From Macrostomum hystrix (Eukaryota; Animalia; Platyhelminthes), in contig CATNEN010000028.1 in NCBI GenBank assembly GCA_950097015.1, positions 1 through 64,000 of the forward strand: DNA of 64,000 bases. Direction: 5' to 3'. Positions 15,201 to 25,500 of this stretch are shown piece after piece; position 1 is the stretch's first letter, and each line of letters starts with the position of its first letter. The notes under the pieces were generated by a model. The model ran no database searches, was not told where the DNA came from, and worked only from the letters and a program-made list of their open reading frames with translations. Both the position numbers and the translations under genes were made by a program.

Positions 15201-17133
15201 AGTCGCGTCTCGGAGTTGTAGACCCTCGAGTCCCCCCCACTCTTATATCTCCCATTTTAAAAGTACTTTTCGTCACCTCACTGAATCTGGTGGTCAAAAG
15301 AAGCTGAAAACTCAGATCTGGAAGGAAACATTATCTGTGAACACGGCTGTAAAATTTCAGAGCCCTGACTAGTCGCGTCTCGGAGTTGTAGACCCTCGAG
15401 TCCCCCCCACTCTGATATCTCCCATTTTAAAAGTACTTTTCGTCACCTCACTGAATCTGGTGGTCAAAAGAAGCTGAAAACTCAGATCTGGAAGGAAACA
15501 TTATCTGTGAACACGGCTGTAAAATTTCAGAGCCCTGACTAGTCGCGTCTCGGAGTTGTAGACCCTCGAGTCCCCCCACTCTGATATCTCCCATTTTAAA
15601 AGTACTTTTCGTCACCTCACTGAATCTGGTGGTCAGACGAGGCTAAAAACTCAGATCTGGAAGGAAACATTATCTGTAAACACGGCTGTAAAATTTCAGA
15701 GCCCTGACTATTCGCGTCTCGGAGTTGTAGACCCTCGAGTCCCCCCCACTCTGATATCTCCCATTTTAAAAGTACTTTTCGTCACCTCACTGAATCTGGT
15801 GGTCAAAAGAAGCTGAAAACTCAGATCTGGAAGGAAACATTATCTGTAAACACGGCTGTAAAATTTCAGAGCCCTGACTATTCGCGTCTCGGAGTTGTAT
15901 ACCCTCGAGTCCCCCCCACTCTGATATCTCCCATTTTAAAAGTACTTTTCGTCACCTCACTGAATCTGGTGGTCAAAAGAAGCTGAAAACTCAGATCTGG
16001 AAGGAAACATTATCTGTGAACACGGCTGTAAAATTTCAGAGCCCTGACTATTCGCGTCTCGGAGTTGTAGACCCTCGAGTCCCCCCCACTCTGATATCTC
16101 CCATTTTAAAAGTACTTTTCGTCACCTCACTGAATCTGGTGGTCAAAAGAAGCTGAAAACTCAGATCTGGAAGGAAACATTATCTGTGAACACGGCTGTA
16201 AAATTTCAGAGCCCTGACTAGTCGCGTCTCGGAGTTGTAGACCCTCGAGTCCCCCCCACTCTGATATCTCCCATTTTAAAAGTACTTTTCGTCACCTCAC
16301 TGAATCTGGTGGTCAGACGAGGCTAAAAACTCAGATCTGGAAGGAAACATTATCTGTAAACACGGCTGTAAAATTTCAGAGCCCTGACTATTCGCGTCTC
16401 GGAGTTGTAGACCCTCGAGTCCCCCCCACTCTGATATCTCCCATTTTAAAAGTACTTTTCGTCACCTCACTGAATCTGGTGGTCAGACGAGGCTAAAAAC
16501 TCAGATCTGGAAGGAAACATTATCTGTAAACACGGCTGTAAAATTTCAGAGCCCTGACTAGTCGCGTCTCGGAGTTGTAGACCCTCGAGTCCCCCCCACT
16601 CTGATATCTCCCATTTTAAAAGTACTTTTCGTCACCTCACTGAATCTGGTGGTCAAAAGAAGCTGAAAACTCAGATCTGGAAGGAAACATTATCTGTGAA
16701 CACGGCTGTAAAATTTCAGAGCCCTGACTAGTCGCGTCTCGGAGTTGTAGACCCTCGAGTCCCCCCCACTCTGATATCTCCCATTTTAAAAGTACTTTTC
16801 GTCACCTCACTGAATCTGGTGGTCAAAAGAAGCTGAAAACTCAGATCTGGAAGGAAACATTATCTGTGAACACGGCTGTAAAATTTCAGAGCCCTGACTA
16901 GTCACGTCTCGGAGTTGTAGACCCTCGAGTCCCCCCCACTCTGATATCTCCCATTTTAAAAGTACTTTTCGTCACCTCACTGAATCTGGTGGTCAGACGA
17001 GGCTAAAAACTCAGATCTGGAAGGAAACATTATCTGTAAACACGGCTGTAAAATTTCAGAGCCCTGACTAGTCGCGTCTCGGAGTTGTAGACCCTCGAGT
17101 CCCCCCCACTCTGATATTTCCCATTTTAAAAGT
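201..17133 (+). repeat. Left arm: tandem array of 170-bp satellite, ~100 units
   Basis: Unit gaaggaaacattatctgt(a/g)aacacggctg...ctcagatctg recurs every 170 bp (e.g. tctgatatct at 14051, 14221, 14391). It ends at aaaagt (17133). The first ~6 kb has many 1-bp homopolymer indels, probably sequencing noise. Confidence 0.98.
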
Positions 17134-17640
17134 GGGCACAACACAACACCCTCACTCTGAGATGCCTGCGTATTTTTAGCGTTGAGTTGCGCAACATGTA
17201 GGGATGTAATGCGCAATTGGTAATACAGGGTAATATTTTTGCCTTGTCGTGCACATGGGTCTCAATTTTTGCATGTTGGATCTGATTTTTGCTATTTGTT
17301 TTTTTATTATTTGAAGTACTAATGCCCTCTTATGTTTGTCGGCTTTTGAGGCTTTAGCGTTTGAAGTTGAGTGTTGAGATTTCAAGCCTCGTGTTTTATA
17401 GTCTTCGCATTATTAAAAGCCTTCGTATTTTATAGTGACGATTGCGTATCCTCTATTGCATTTAGTTCTTAGTGCTTTGTCCTTACGTTTTATCGCTAAT
17501 GCCTGACAAAATAAGTGTTCTGGGGTGTGTACCGTGCTCTGTTTTACACTAGTAGCTGGAATATCCAATCAGCTGCTTTATCTGCTTCTTGCTTGCTATC
17601 TCATATCCCTATCCGAACAACCCATGCATAAATTTTCGAG

Positions 17641-17646
17641 TATAAA
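17641..17646 (+). promoter_or_regulatory. Possible TATA box of the transposase gene
   Basis: TATAAA about 60 nt upstream of ATG 17702. Motif match only. Confidence 0.25.
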
Positions 17647-17701
17647 GCCTTGAGGAAAGCAGATTTCAATCGTCTGCTAGTATATTCATATATTTTTAAC
17701 C

Positions 17702-20700
17702 ATGATTTTCAGTCTTCGCATCATTGCTTTACTTTCAATTTTCTTTATTTCCAAAGCAACCCACAATCGACGCATTTCTTTTTTTGAACTGTCGCCTGAA
17801 TATTTTGAAGACTATAGTGATGAGTGCCTTGGCAAATCATTTCGCTGTCCCTATGGTGCTTGCGGGCAAATTCTGAGCAAGCTTTCAGCAAAGAACACTA
17901 TTGAAAACCGTCGAGTTGTCTGGCTTTATTATCAGCGTAAAATTGTCGGTAAGTCAAAATCTTCTGTTTCGAAAAGAAAGAAAACTGCTAATCATAAATC
18001 TGCTGTGGTAAGATCCACTCGAGTTGCTGTTGCTGCTTCTGTTGTGCCTGGCCGTGGTGCTGTTGCTGCTTCTGTTGTGCCTGCTCGTCGTGCTGTTGCT
18101 GCTTCTGTTGTGCCTGCCCGGGGTGCTGTTGCTGCTTCTGTTGTGCCTGCTCGTCGTGCTGTTGCTGCTTCTGTTGTGCCTGCCCGGGGTGCTGTTGCTG
18201 CTTCTGTTGTGCCTGCCCGGGGTGCTGTTGCTGCTTCTGTTGTGCCTGCTCGTCGTGCTGTTGCTGCTTCTGTTGTGCCTGCCCGGGGTGCTGTTGCTGC
18301 TTCTGTTTTGCCTGCTCGTCGTGCTGTTGCTGCTTCTGTTGTGCCTGCTCGTCGTGCTGTTGCTGCTTCTGTTGTGCCTGCCCGTCGTGCTGTTGCTGCT
18401 TCTGTTGTGCCTGCCCGGGGTGCTGTTGCTGCTTCTGTTGTGCCTGCTCGTCGTGCTGTTGCTGCTTCTGTTGTGCCTGCCCGGGGGTGCTGTTGCTGCT
18501 TCTGTTGTGCCTGCTCGTCGTGCTGTTGCTGCTTCTGTTGTGCCTGCCCGGGGTGCTGTTGCTGCTTCTGTTGTGCCTGCTCGTCGTGCTGTTGCTGCTT
18601 CTGTTGTGCCTGCTCGTCGTGCTGTTGCTGCTTCTGTTGAGCCTGCCCGTCGTGCTGTTGCTGCTTCTGTTGTGCCTGCCCGGGGTGCTGTTGCTGCTTC
18701 TGTTGTGCCTGCTCGTCGTGCTGTTGCTGCTTCTGTTGTGCCTGCCCGGGGTGCTGTTGCTGCTTCTGTTGTGCCTGCTCGTCGTGCTGTTGCTGCTTCT
18801 GTTGTGCCTGCCCGGGGTGCTGTTGCTGCTTCTGTTGTGCCTGCTCGTCGTGCTGTTGCTGCCTCTGTTGTGCCTGCCCGGGGTGCTGTTGCTGCTTCTG
18901 TTGTGCCTGCTCGTCGTGCTGTTGCTGCTTCTGTTGTGCCTGCCCGGGGTGCTGTTGCTGCTTCTGTTGTGCCTGCCCGTGGTGCTGTTGCTGCTTCTGT
19001 TGTGCCTGCCCGTGGTGCTGTTGCTGCTTCTGTTGTGCCTGCCCGTCGTGCTGTTGCTGCTTATGTGGGGCCTGCTCATGGAAGTAATGACGCTTGTGGT
19101 GATGATATGAGTGATTCTAGGAGTGGTGATGCTGGGAGTGATGATGCTGGGAGTGAGGATGCTGGGAGTGATGATGGTTGGAGTGATGATGCTGGGAGTG
19201 AGGATGCTGGGAGTGATGATGCTGGGAGTGAGGATGCTGGGAGTGATGATGCTGGGAGTGAGGATGCTGGGAGTGATGATGGTTGGAGTGATGATGCTGG
19301 GAGTGATGATTCAGAAGTAAGGGACTGTACTAATGCTGAAGTTGCTGTTGATTTCGAGAGTGGTGCAAGCGGATCAATAACTAATTTAGTTTTTCATTTT
19401 CGAATAGCTTGGAGCCAGTGGAAAAATAACTTTTTTATCAGGCGGGGAGAAAAAATGCATTCGATATGTCAGAGAACCGCTTTTTGGTGGCTAAACTGCA
19501 TTCGTGAAAATTATCGACAATATTGCTCTTCGAATGTGGAAGCAAGTAACTGTGTTCTTAAATTTAAGAATCGATATCTGAACTTTCCAAATCTCAGAGC
19601 ACAAAAGCCAAAATATTTCGTAAAACAGGTCGCATTATGCCAGCATCCCGCATGCAAAATAGTACACGATTTTAGAATTATAGATTTTCCAACTGAAAAT
19701 GAGCCTGTGGTGGTAGTTGTTAATTCTAAAGGTGAGAAGAATCATAATCATCCAACGATGTCTAGAATGACGCCATTAGAATCAGAAAGGATAGCAAAAC
19801 TACTTGAAACTGAAGCACCAACTGATGTACATGATAGACTACTCTCGGAAATGACAGATAAAGAGATAAAGGAAAATGACTTTTCTCGATCAAAAAATTT
19901 GGATGCCATTCGGCGGGTAAACGCGAAGCGGTTGGTTGCCGCAGAAGAACGGCTGCATAAAAATGTTGAAGTCGAAATTGCTGCTTTGCAACGAATACTG
20001 AGCGAAACAGACACAGAGAGTAAGAGTATACGCGGATACATTCAAGCTGTGTCTCGCCATCCATTTCATGTACATCTGTACCTCGAAAGACAGCTTAGAC
20101 TTGTTACAAGTAGGCCGCAGTGTGTTTTACATCTAGATGCCACTGGAAGCATTTTCAAGAGAATGAATTTCGCAGGTAGCCAAATATTTCTTTACTCGCT
20201 GACAATGCCCTCCGATAACGGTCAGACGCGTGGTGTGCCTGTGGCCGAAATGATAACAAGTGAGCATAGGACCAAATCAATCCAACACTTTTTGTTTTCT
20301 GTCCGCGCAGATTTGGGCACACTAGCAAGCAGTACTATTATGTCGCATGACTATTTACCCGCTGTCATCGTCACGGACTTCTCTTGGGCTATGTTACACT
20401 CGGTATGCCAGTCATTTGGCACCAGCTTAGAGCAATACCTTATTGATACGCATTGTGCGTTACGCATGGGGAAACAAATCAAGTACACGATTCCATTCAT
20501 TTGCACAAATCACGTAATCCGTGCGTTCATTAATGGCATACAACTAAAGTCTAAAACTGCGGAAGGTAAAGCTATGCGGGAATTATTTATTAGCGCATTT
20601 GTCTTTTTATTACATCAGGAGACTTTTGAAGCGTTTGAAACTACCTTGAGTCTCACTGTAGATACATTTTTAGGGCAGCGAGATCCGAAAGAATTAAGAT

Positions 20701-22133
20701 CAGCGATTAACAATTGGGAAACTGAGCCCGTGGACGAAGAATATTCGCTCTACAACGACGATGAAATAAATAACGATAAGGAAGAGCAGGCCGAAAGTTC
20801 TCGATTTGTTTCTCTGCGCGAAGGCTCTCCGTACATTTTTCTTTTCAAGTCCCGACAGGCAAGTATTGATGCAACCGACGAGCCAGCCGGGCCATTTAAA
20901 AGCTATTACTCACCAAAACTGCTGGTTTACTTGCTGAAGCACTGGTGTAGTTTAGCTCCATTGTTCTGCCATTTCATCGGGAGTATCAAGAGCTTCAGAA
21001 AGAATAAAAGTTGGTTTTCAAACTCTTACGTAGAATCGTACTTTTCAGACGTTAAATCTCGAAAAACAAGGTTCGGCAAGGCTTCCAGGGTGAACGTGTC
21101 GAGTTTTATTTGCGGACGGTTAAAATATTTAAAAACAAGATTAACAGCTTTCGACATAATCAACAAAGTAGGGAAAGCAACGTTATCTGGAAGGAAGAGA
21201 AAGCACGAAGATATTTCCTTTTCTCGCGAGGAGTGGCGAAGGGCCGAGCGGGTTAGTCGTTCAAAGTACAAGCGACAGAGAACAGAATCAGCGACAAAGA
21301 ATAGAAAGCAGCAAGGCACAGCAGAACGGGAACAGGTGTGGTGCACCCGCGCTGGAGACTTCCTAACTGAGTTTGATAGAGAATCATTGGAACCCGGAAA
21401 GTGGCTTTCTGTCGGAATAGTAAATTCATTCATACATCTACTTTGCGTATGCAACCCAAGCAGCAAAGCGGGCCACCTACCATCCAGCTTCTTTAGCTGC
21501 ATTCGCAAAGGAGATTCGAGCGCTGCGATTGACATGCTAAGAGCGACAGTTTCAAACAAATGCACCCGTTTAATCTGTCCGATTCTTCAGAACGACCACT
21601 TCTACTTAGTCTATATTGACACAACACGCAAAGAACTAGCTGTCCTAGACACAAAACCTATCTCAGATAAGTCGATACCAAAACATTTTATAAAACTATG
21701 GCAAAACCTAATCAAAAGCACCACCAGTATTCGCGAAGACATGCCAGAAATTTTAGGTACGTATAAAAATAAATCAATGTTGAGATCATTGCAGTTTGAT
21801 GGTCATAGCTGTGGTGTATTTGTCTGTCTGTACGCGAAAGTTCTAGTAACATCCGTTGATACCGAGTTCCGAGCTTTGTGCTTTCCAACAACGGAGGGAT
21901 TTCTTAACAGAGCTCGAATCTGCATCTGGAAAGACTTGGAAAGAGAAAATGAAGAATCCACCAACTCGTGCGTTCGCTGTCATGAAGCTGAACCCAGTGC
22001 GACTGGAACTTGGCTGCAATGTGATCTTTGTGATTCATGGCTGCACCATGAGTGTGCATCGAAAGATATGCACCAGCGCCACGCGTCCAACGGCTACGTC
22101 TGCTGCTGTGCCGAGTACGCAGCAACGCGATAG
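17702..22133 (+). CDS. MULE/NOF-like DDE transposase fused to Ulp1 (C48) protease and PHD finger; ~1476 aa if a single +1 frameshift at 18483-18487 is corrected
   Basis: C-x4-C...HNH zinc-binding DBD-like motif (19638-19751). DDE core: LDATG (D 20136), VTDFSWA (D 20376), CxxH = CTNH (20502-20513), SNSYVES (E 21033). Ulp1 motifs: LEPGKWLS..IVN, HFYLVYID (H 21597), VLDT (D 21648), QFDGHSCGVF (Q 21792, C 21810). PHD CVRC..WLQCDLCDSWLHHEC..YVCCC (21969-~22110). The 312-aa ORF (17702) and 1369-aa ORF join if one G is removed. Confidence 0.88.
18026..19062 (+). repeat. Coding 33-bp minisatellite (AVAASVVPARR/G), ~31 copies
   Basis: gctgttgctgcttctgttgtgcctgc(t/c)cg(t/g)(c/g)gt repeated in frame within the transposase N-terminus. 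Confidence 0.95.
19128..19310 (+). repeat. Coding 15-bp repeat (DAGS[D/E]), ~12 copies, acidic linker
   Basis: gatgctgggagtga(t/g) repeated. Confidence 0.9.
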
Positions 22134-22204
22134 CTGGATGGATGCACCAAGAAGTGCAGCGAAAAAATGTACTCACACTAATTACTAAAAGCTACTTGCT
22201 TAAA

Positions 22205-22210
22205 AATAAA
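22205..22210 (+). terminator. Polyadenylation signal of the transposase gene
   Basis: AATAAA about 70 nt after the stop at 22133. Confidence 0.45.
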
Positions 22211-22440
22211 ATGTCAATTCTGTAGTTTTTGTTATAACAACAAGTCAATTCTGTAAACAATTATGGCACCGCTTTGCAATGTAAAACTGTGAATAATCTA
22301 AGCTGCAAAATATTATAAGACATATGCAAAATAGTGGCCTTTGTGTGACACAGAAACACTAATACGAACAAAAACCTTAAAAAATAAACAAAAATCTTCT
22401 AACACCGAACTTAAAATATATTAAAGACTTTGTGAAAAAC

Positions 22441-22485
22441 TCTGCCTTAGCCAGTCCCAAGCCTGGTTTCAAAAAGAGGAGGGCT
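22441..22485 (+). mobile_element. Short fragment resembling the conserved 5' segment of RTE-clade retrotransposons
   Basis: tgccttagccagtcccaagcctggtttcaaaaagaggaggg resembles the GCCAGTCCCAAGCCCGG..AAAGGAGGAGGG motif I recall from RTE 5' regions. From memory, not aligned. Confidence 0.35.
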
Positions 22486-22591
22486 CACGAAAAATTTACC
22501 AAAAGCAAATCTTAAATTATATTCAGTAAAATCAAAAAAAAAACTACAAAAAATACAGACTACAAAAACAATAGCTCCTTCGAAACCTCAT

Positions 22592-25500
22592 TTTTCAGCT
22601 TCTTTTGACCACCAGATTCAGTGAGGTGACGAAAAGTACTTTTAAAATGGGAGATATCAGAGTGGGGGGGACTCGAGGGTCTACAACTCCGAGACGCGAA
22701 TAGTCAGGGCTCTGAAATTTTACAGCCGTGTTTACAGATAATGTTTCCTTCCAGATCTGAGTTTTCAGCTTCTTTTGACCACCAGATTCAGTGAGGTGAC
22801 GAAAAGTACTTTTAAAATGGGAGATATCAGAGTGGGGGGGACTCGAGGGTCTACAACTCCGAGACGCGAATAGTCAGGGCTCTGAAATTTTACAGCCGTG
22901 TTTACAGATAATGTTTCCTTCCAGATCTGAGTTTTCAGCTTCTTTTGACCACCAGATTCAGTGAGGTGACGAAAAGTACTTTTAAAATGGGAGATATCAG
23001 AGTGGGGGGGAATCGAGGGTCTACAACTCCGAGACGCGACTAGTCAGGGCTCTGAAATTTTACAGCCGTGTTCACAGATAATGTTTCCTTCCAGATCTGA
23101 GTTTTCAGCTTCTTTTGACCACCAGATTCAGTGAGGTGACGAAAAGTACTTTTAAAATGGGAGATATCAGAGTGGGGGGGACTCGAGGGTCTACAACTCC
23201 GAGACGCGACTAGTCAGGGCTCTGAAATTTTACAGCCGTGTTTACAGATAATGTTTCCTTCCAGATCTGAGTTTTTAGCCTCGTCTGACCACCAGATTCA
23301 GTGAGGTGACGAAAAGTACTTTTAAAATGGGAGATATCAGAGTGGGGGGACTCGAGGGTCTACAACTCCGAGACGCGACTAGTCAGGGCTCTGAAATTTT
23401 ACAGCCGTGTTCACAGATAATGTTTCCTTCCAGATCTGAGTTTTCAGCTTCTTTTGACCACCAGATTCAGTGAGGTGACGAAAAGTACTTTTAAAATGGG
23501 AGATATCAGAGTGGGGGGGACTCGAGGGTCTACAACTCCGAGACGCGAATAGTCAGGGCTCTGAAATTTTACAGCCGTGTTCACAGATAATGTTTCCTTC
23601 CAGATCTGAGTTTTCAGCTTCTTTTGACCACCAGATTCAGTGAGGTGACGAAAAGTACTTTTAAAATGGGAGATATCAGAGTGGGGGGGACTCGAGGGTC
23701 TACAACTCCGAGACGCGACTAGTCAGGGCTCTGAAATTTTACAGCCGTGTTCACAGATAATGTTTCCTTCCAGATCTGAGTTTTCAGCTTCTTTTGACCA
23801 CCAGATTCAGTGAGGTGACGAAAAGTACTTTTAAAATGGGAGATATCAGAGTGGGGGGGACTCGAGGGTCTACAACTCCGAGACGCGAATAGTCAGGGCT
23901 CTGAAATTTTACAGCCGTGTTTACAGATAATGTTTCCTTCCAGATCTGAGTTTTTAGCCTCGTCTGACCACCAGATTCAGTGAGGTGACGAAAAGTACTT
24001 TTAAAATGGGAGATATCAGAGTGGGGGGGACTCGAGGGTCTACAACTCCGAGACGTGACTAGTCAGGGCTCTGAAATTTTACAGCCGTGTTCACAGATAA
24101 TGTTTCCTTCCAGATCTGAGTTTTCAGCTTCTTTTGACCACCAGATTCAGTGAGGTGACGAAAAGTACTTTTAAAATGGGAGATATCAGAGTGGGGGGGA
24201 CTCGAGGGTCTACAACTCCGAGACGCGACTAGTCAGGGCTCTGAAATTTTACAGCCGTGTTCACAGATAATGTTTCCTTCCAGATCTGAGTTTTCAGCTT
24301 CTTTTGACCACCAGATTCAGTGAGGTGACGAAAAGTACTTTTAAAATGGGAGATATCAGAGTGGGGGGGACTCGAGGGTCTACAACTCCGAGACGCGAAT
24401 AGTCAGGGCTCTGAAATTTTACAGCCGTGTTTACAGATAATGTTTCCTTCCAGATCTGAGTTTTCAGCTTCTTTTGACCACCAGATTCAGTGAGGTGACG
24501 AAAAGTACTTTTAAAATGGGAGATATCAGAGTGGGGGGGACTCGAGGGTCTACAACTCCGAGACGCGAATAGTCAGGGCTCTGAAATTTTACAGCCGTGT
24601 TTACAGATAATGTTTCCTTCCAGATCTGAGTTTTCAGCTTCTTTTGACCACCAGATTCAGTGAGGTGACGAAAAGTACTTTTAAAATGGGAGATATCAGA
24701 GTGGGGGGGACTCGAGGGTCTACAACTCCGAGACGCGAATAGTCAGGGCTCTGAAATTTTACAGCCGTGTTTACAGATAATGTTTCCTTCCAGATCTGAG
24801 TTTTCAGCTTCTTTTGACCACCAGATTCAGTGAGGTGACGAAAAGTACTTTTAAAATGGGAGATATCAGAGTGGGGGGGACTCGAGGGTCTACAACTCCG
24901 AGACGCGAATAGTCAGGGCTCTGAAATTTTACAGCCGTGTTTACAGATAATGTTTCCTTCCAGATCTAAGTTTTTAGCCTCGTCTGACCACCAGATTCAG
25001 TGAGGTGACGAAAAGTACTTTTAAAATGGGAGATATCAGAGTGGGGGGGACTCGAGGGTCTACAACTCCGAGACGTGACTAGTCAGGGCTCTGAAATTTT
25101 ACAGCCGTGTTCACAGATAATGTTTCCTTCCAGATCTGAGTTTTCAGCTTCTTTTGACCACCAGATTCAGTGAGGTGACGAAAAGTACTTTTAAAATGGG
25201 AGATATAAGAGTGGGGGGGACTCGAGGGTCTACAACTCCGAGACGCGACTAGTCAGGGCTCTGAAATTTTACAGCCGTGTTTACAGATAATGTTTCCTTC
25301 CAGATCTGAGTTTTCAGCTTCTTTTGACCACCAGATTCAGTGAGGTGACGAAAAGTACTTTTAAAATGGGAGATATCAGAGTGGGGGGGACTCGAGGGTC
25401 TACAACTCCGAGACGCGAATAGTCAGGGCTCTGAAATTTTACAGCCGTGTTTACAGATAATGTTTCCTTCCAGATCTGAGTTTTCAGCTTCTTTTGACCA

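Noticed and set aside
126-17216. Short ORFs (60-90 aa) in the satellite arms, also 34488-34772
   Set aside because: They open and close with 1-bp indels in repeat units and have no protein features.
17988-19110. Poly-Leu (18024 N-terminus, 18487-19110) and Gln/Ser-rich minus-strand (17988-19079) ORFs
   Set aside because: Alternative frames of the 33-bp coding repeat. The AVAASVVPARR frame connects to the upstream ATG and the downstream domains.
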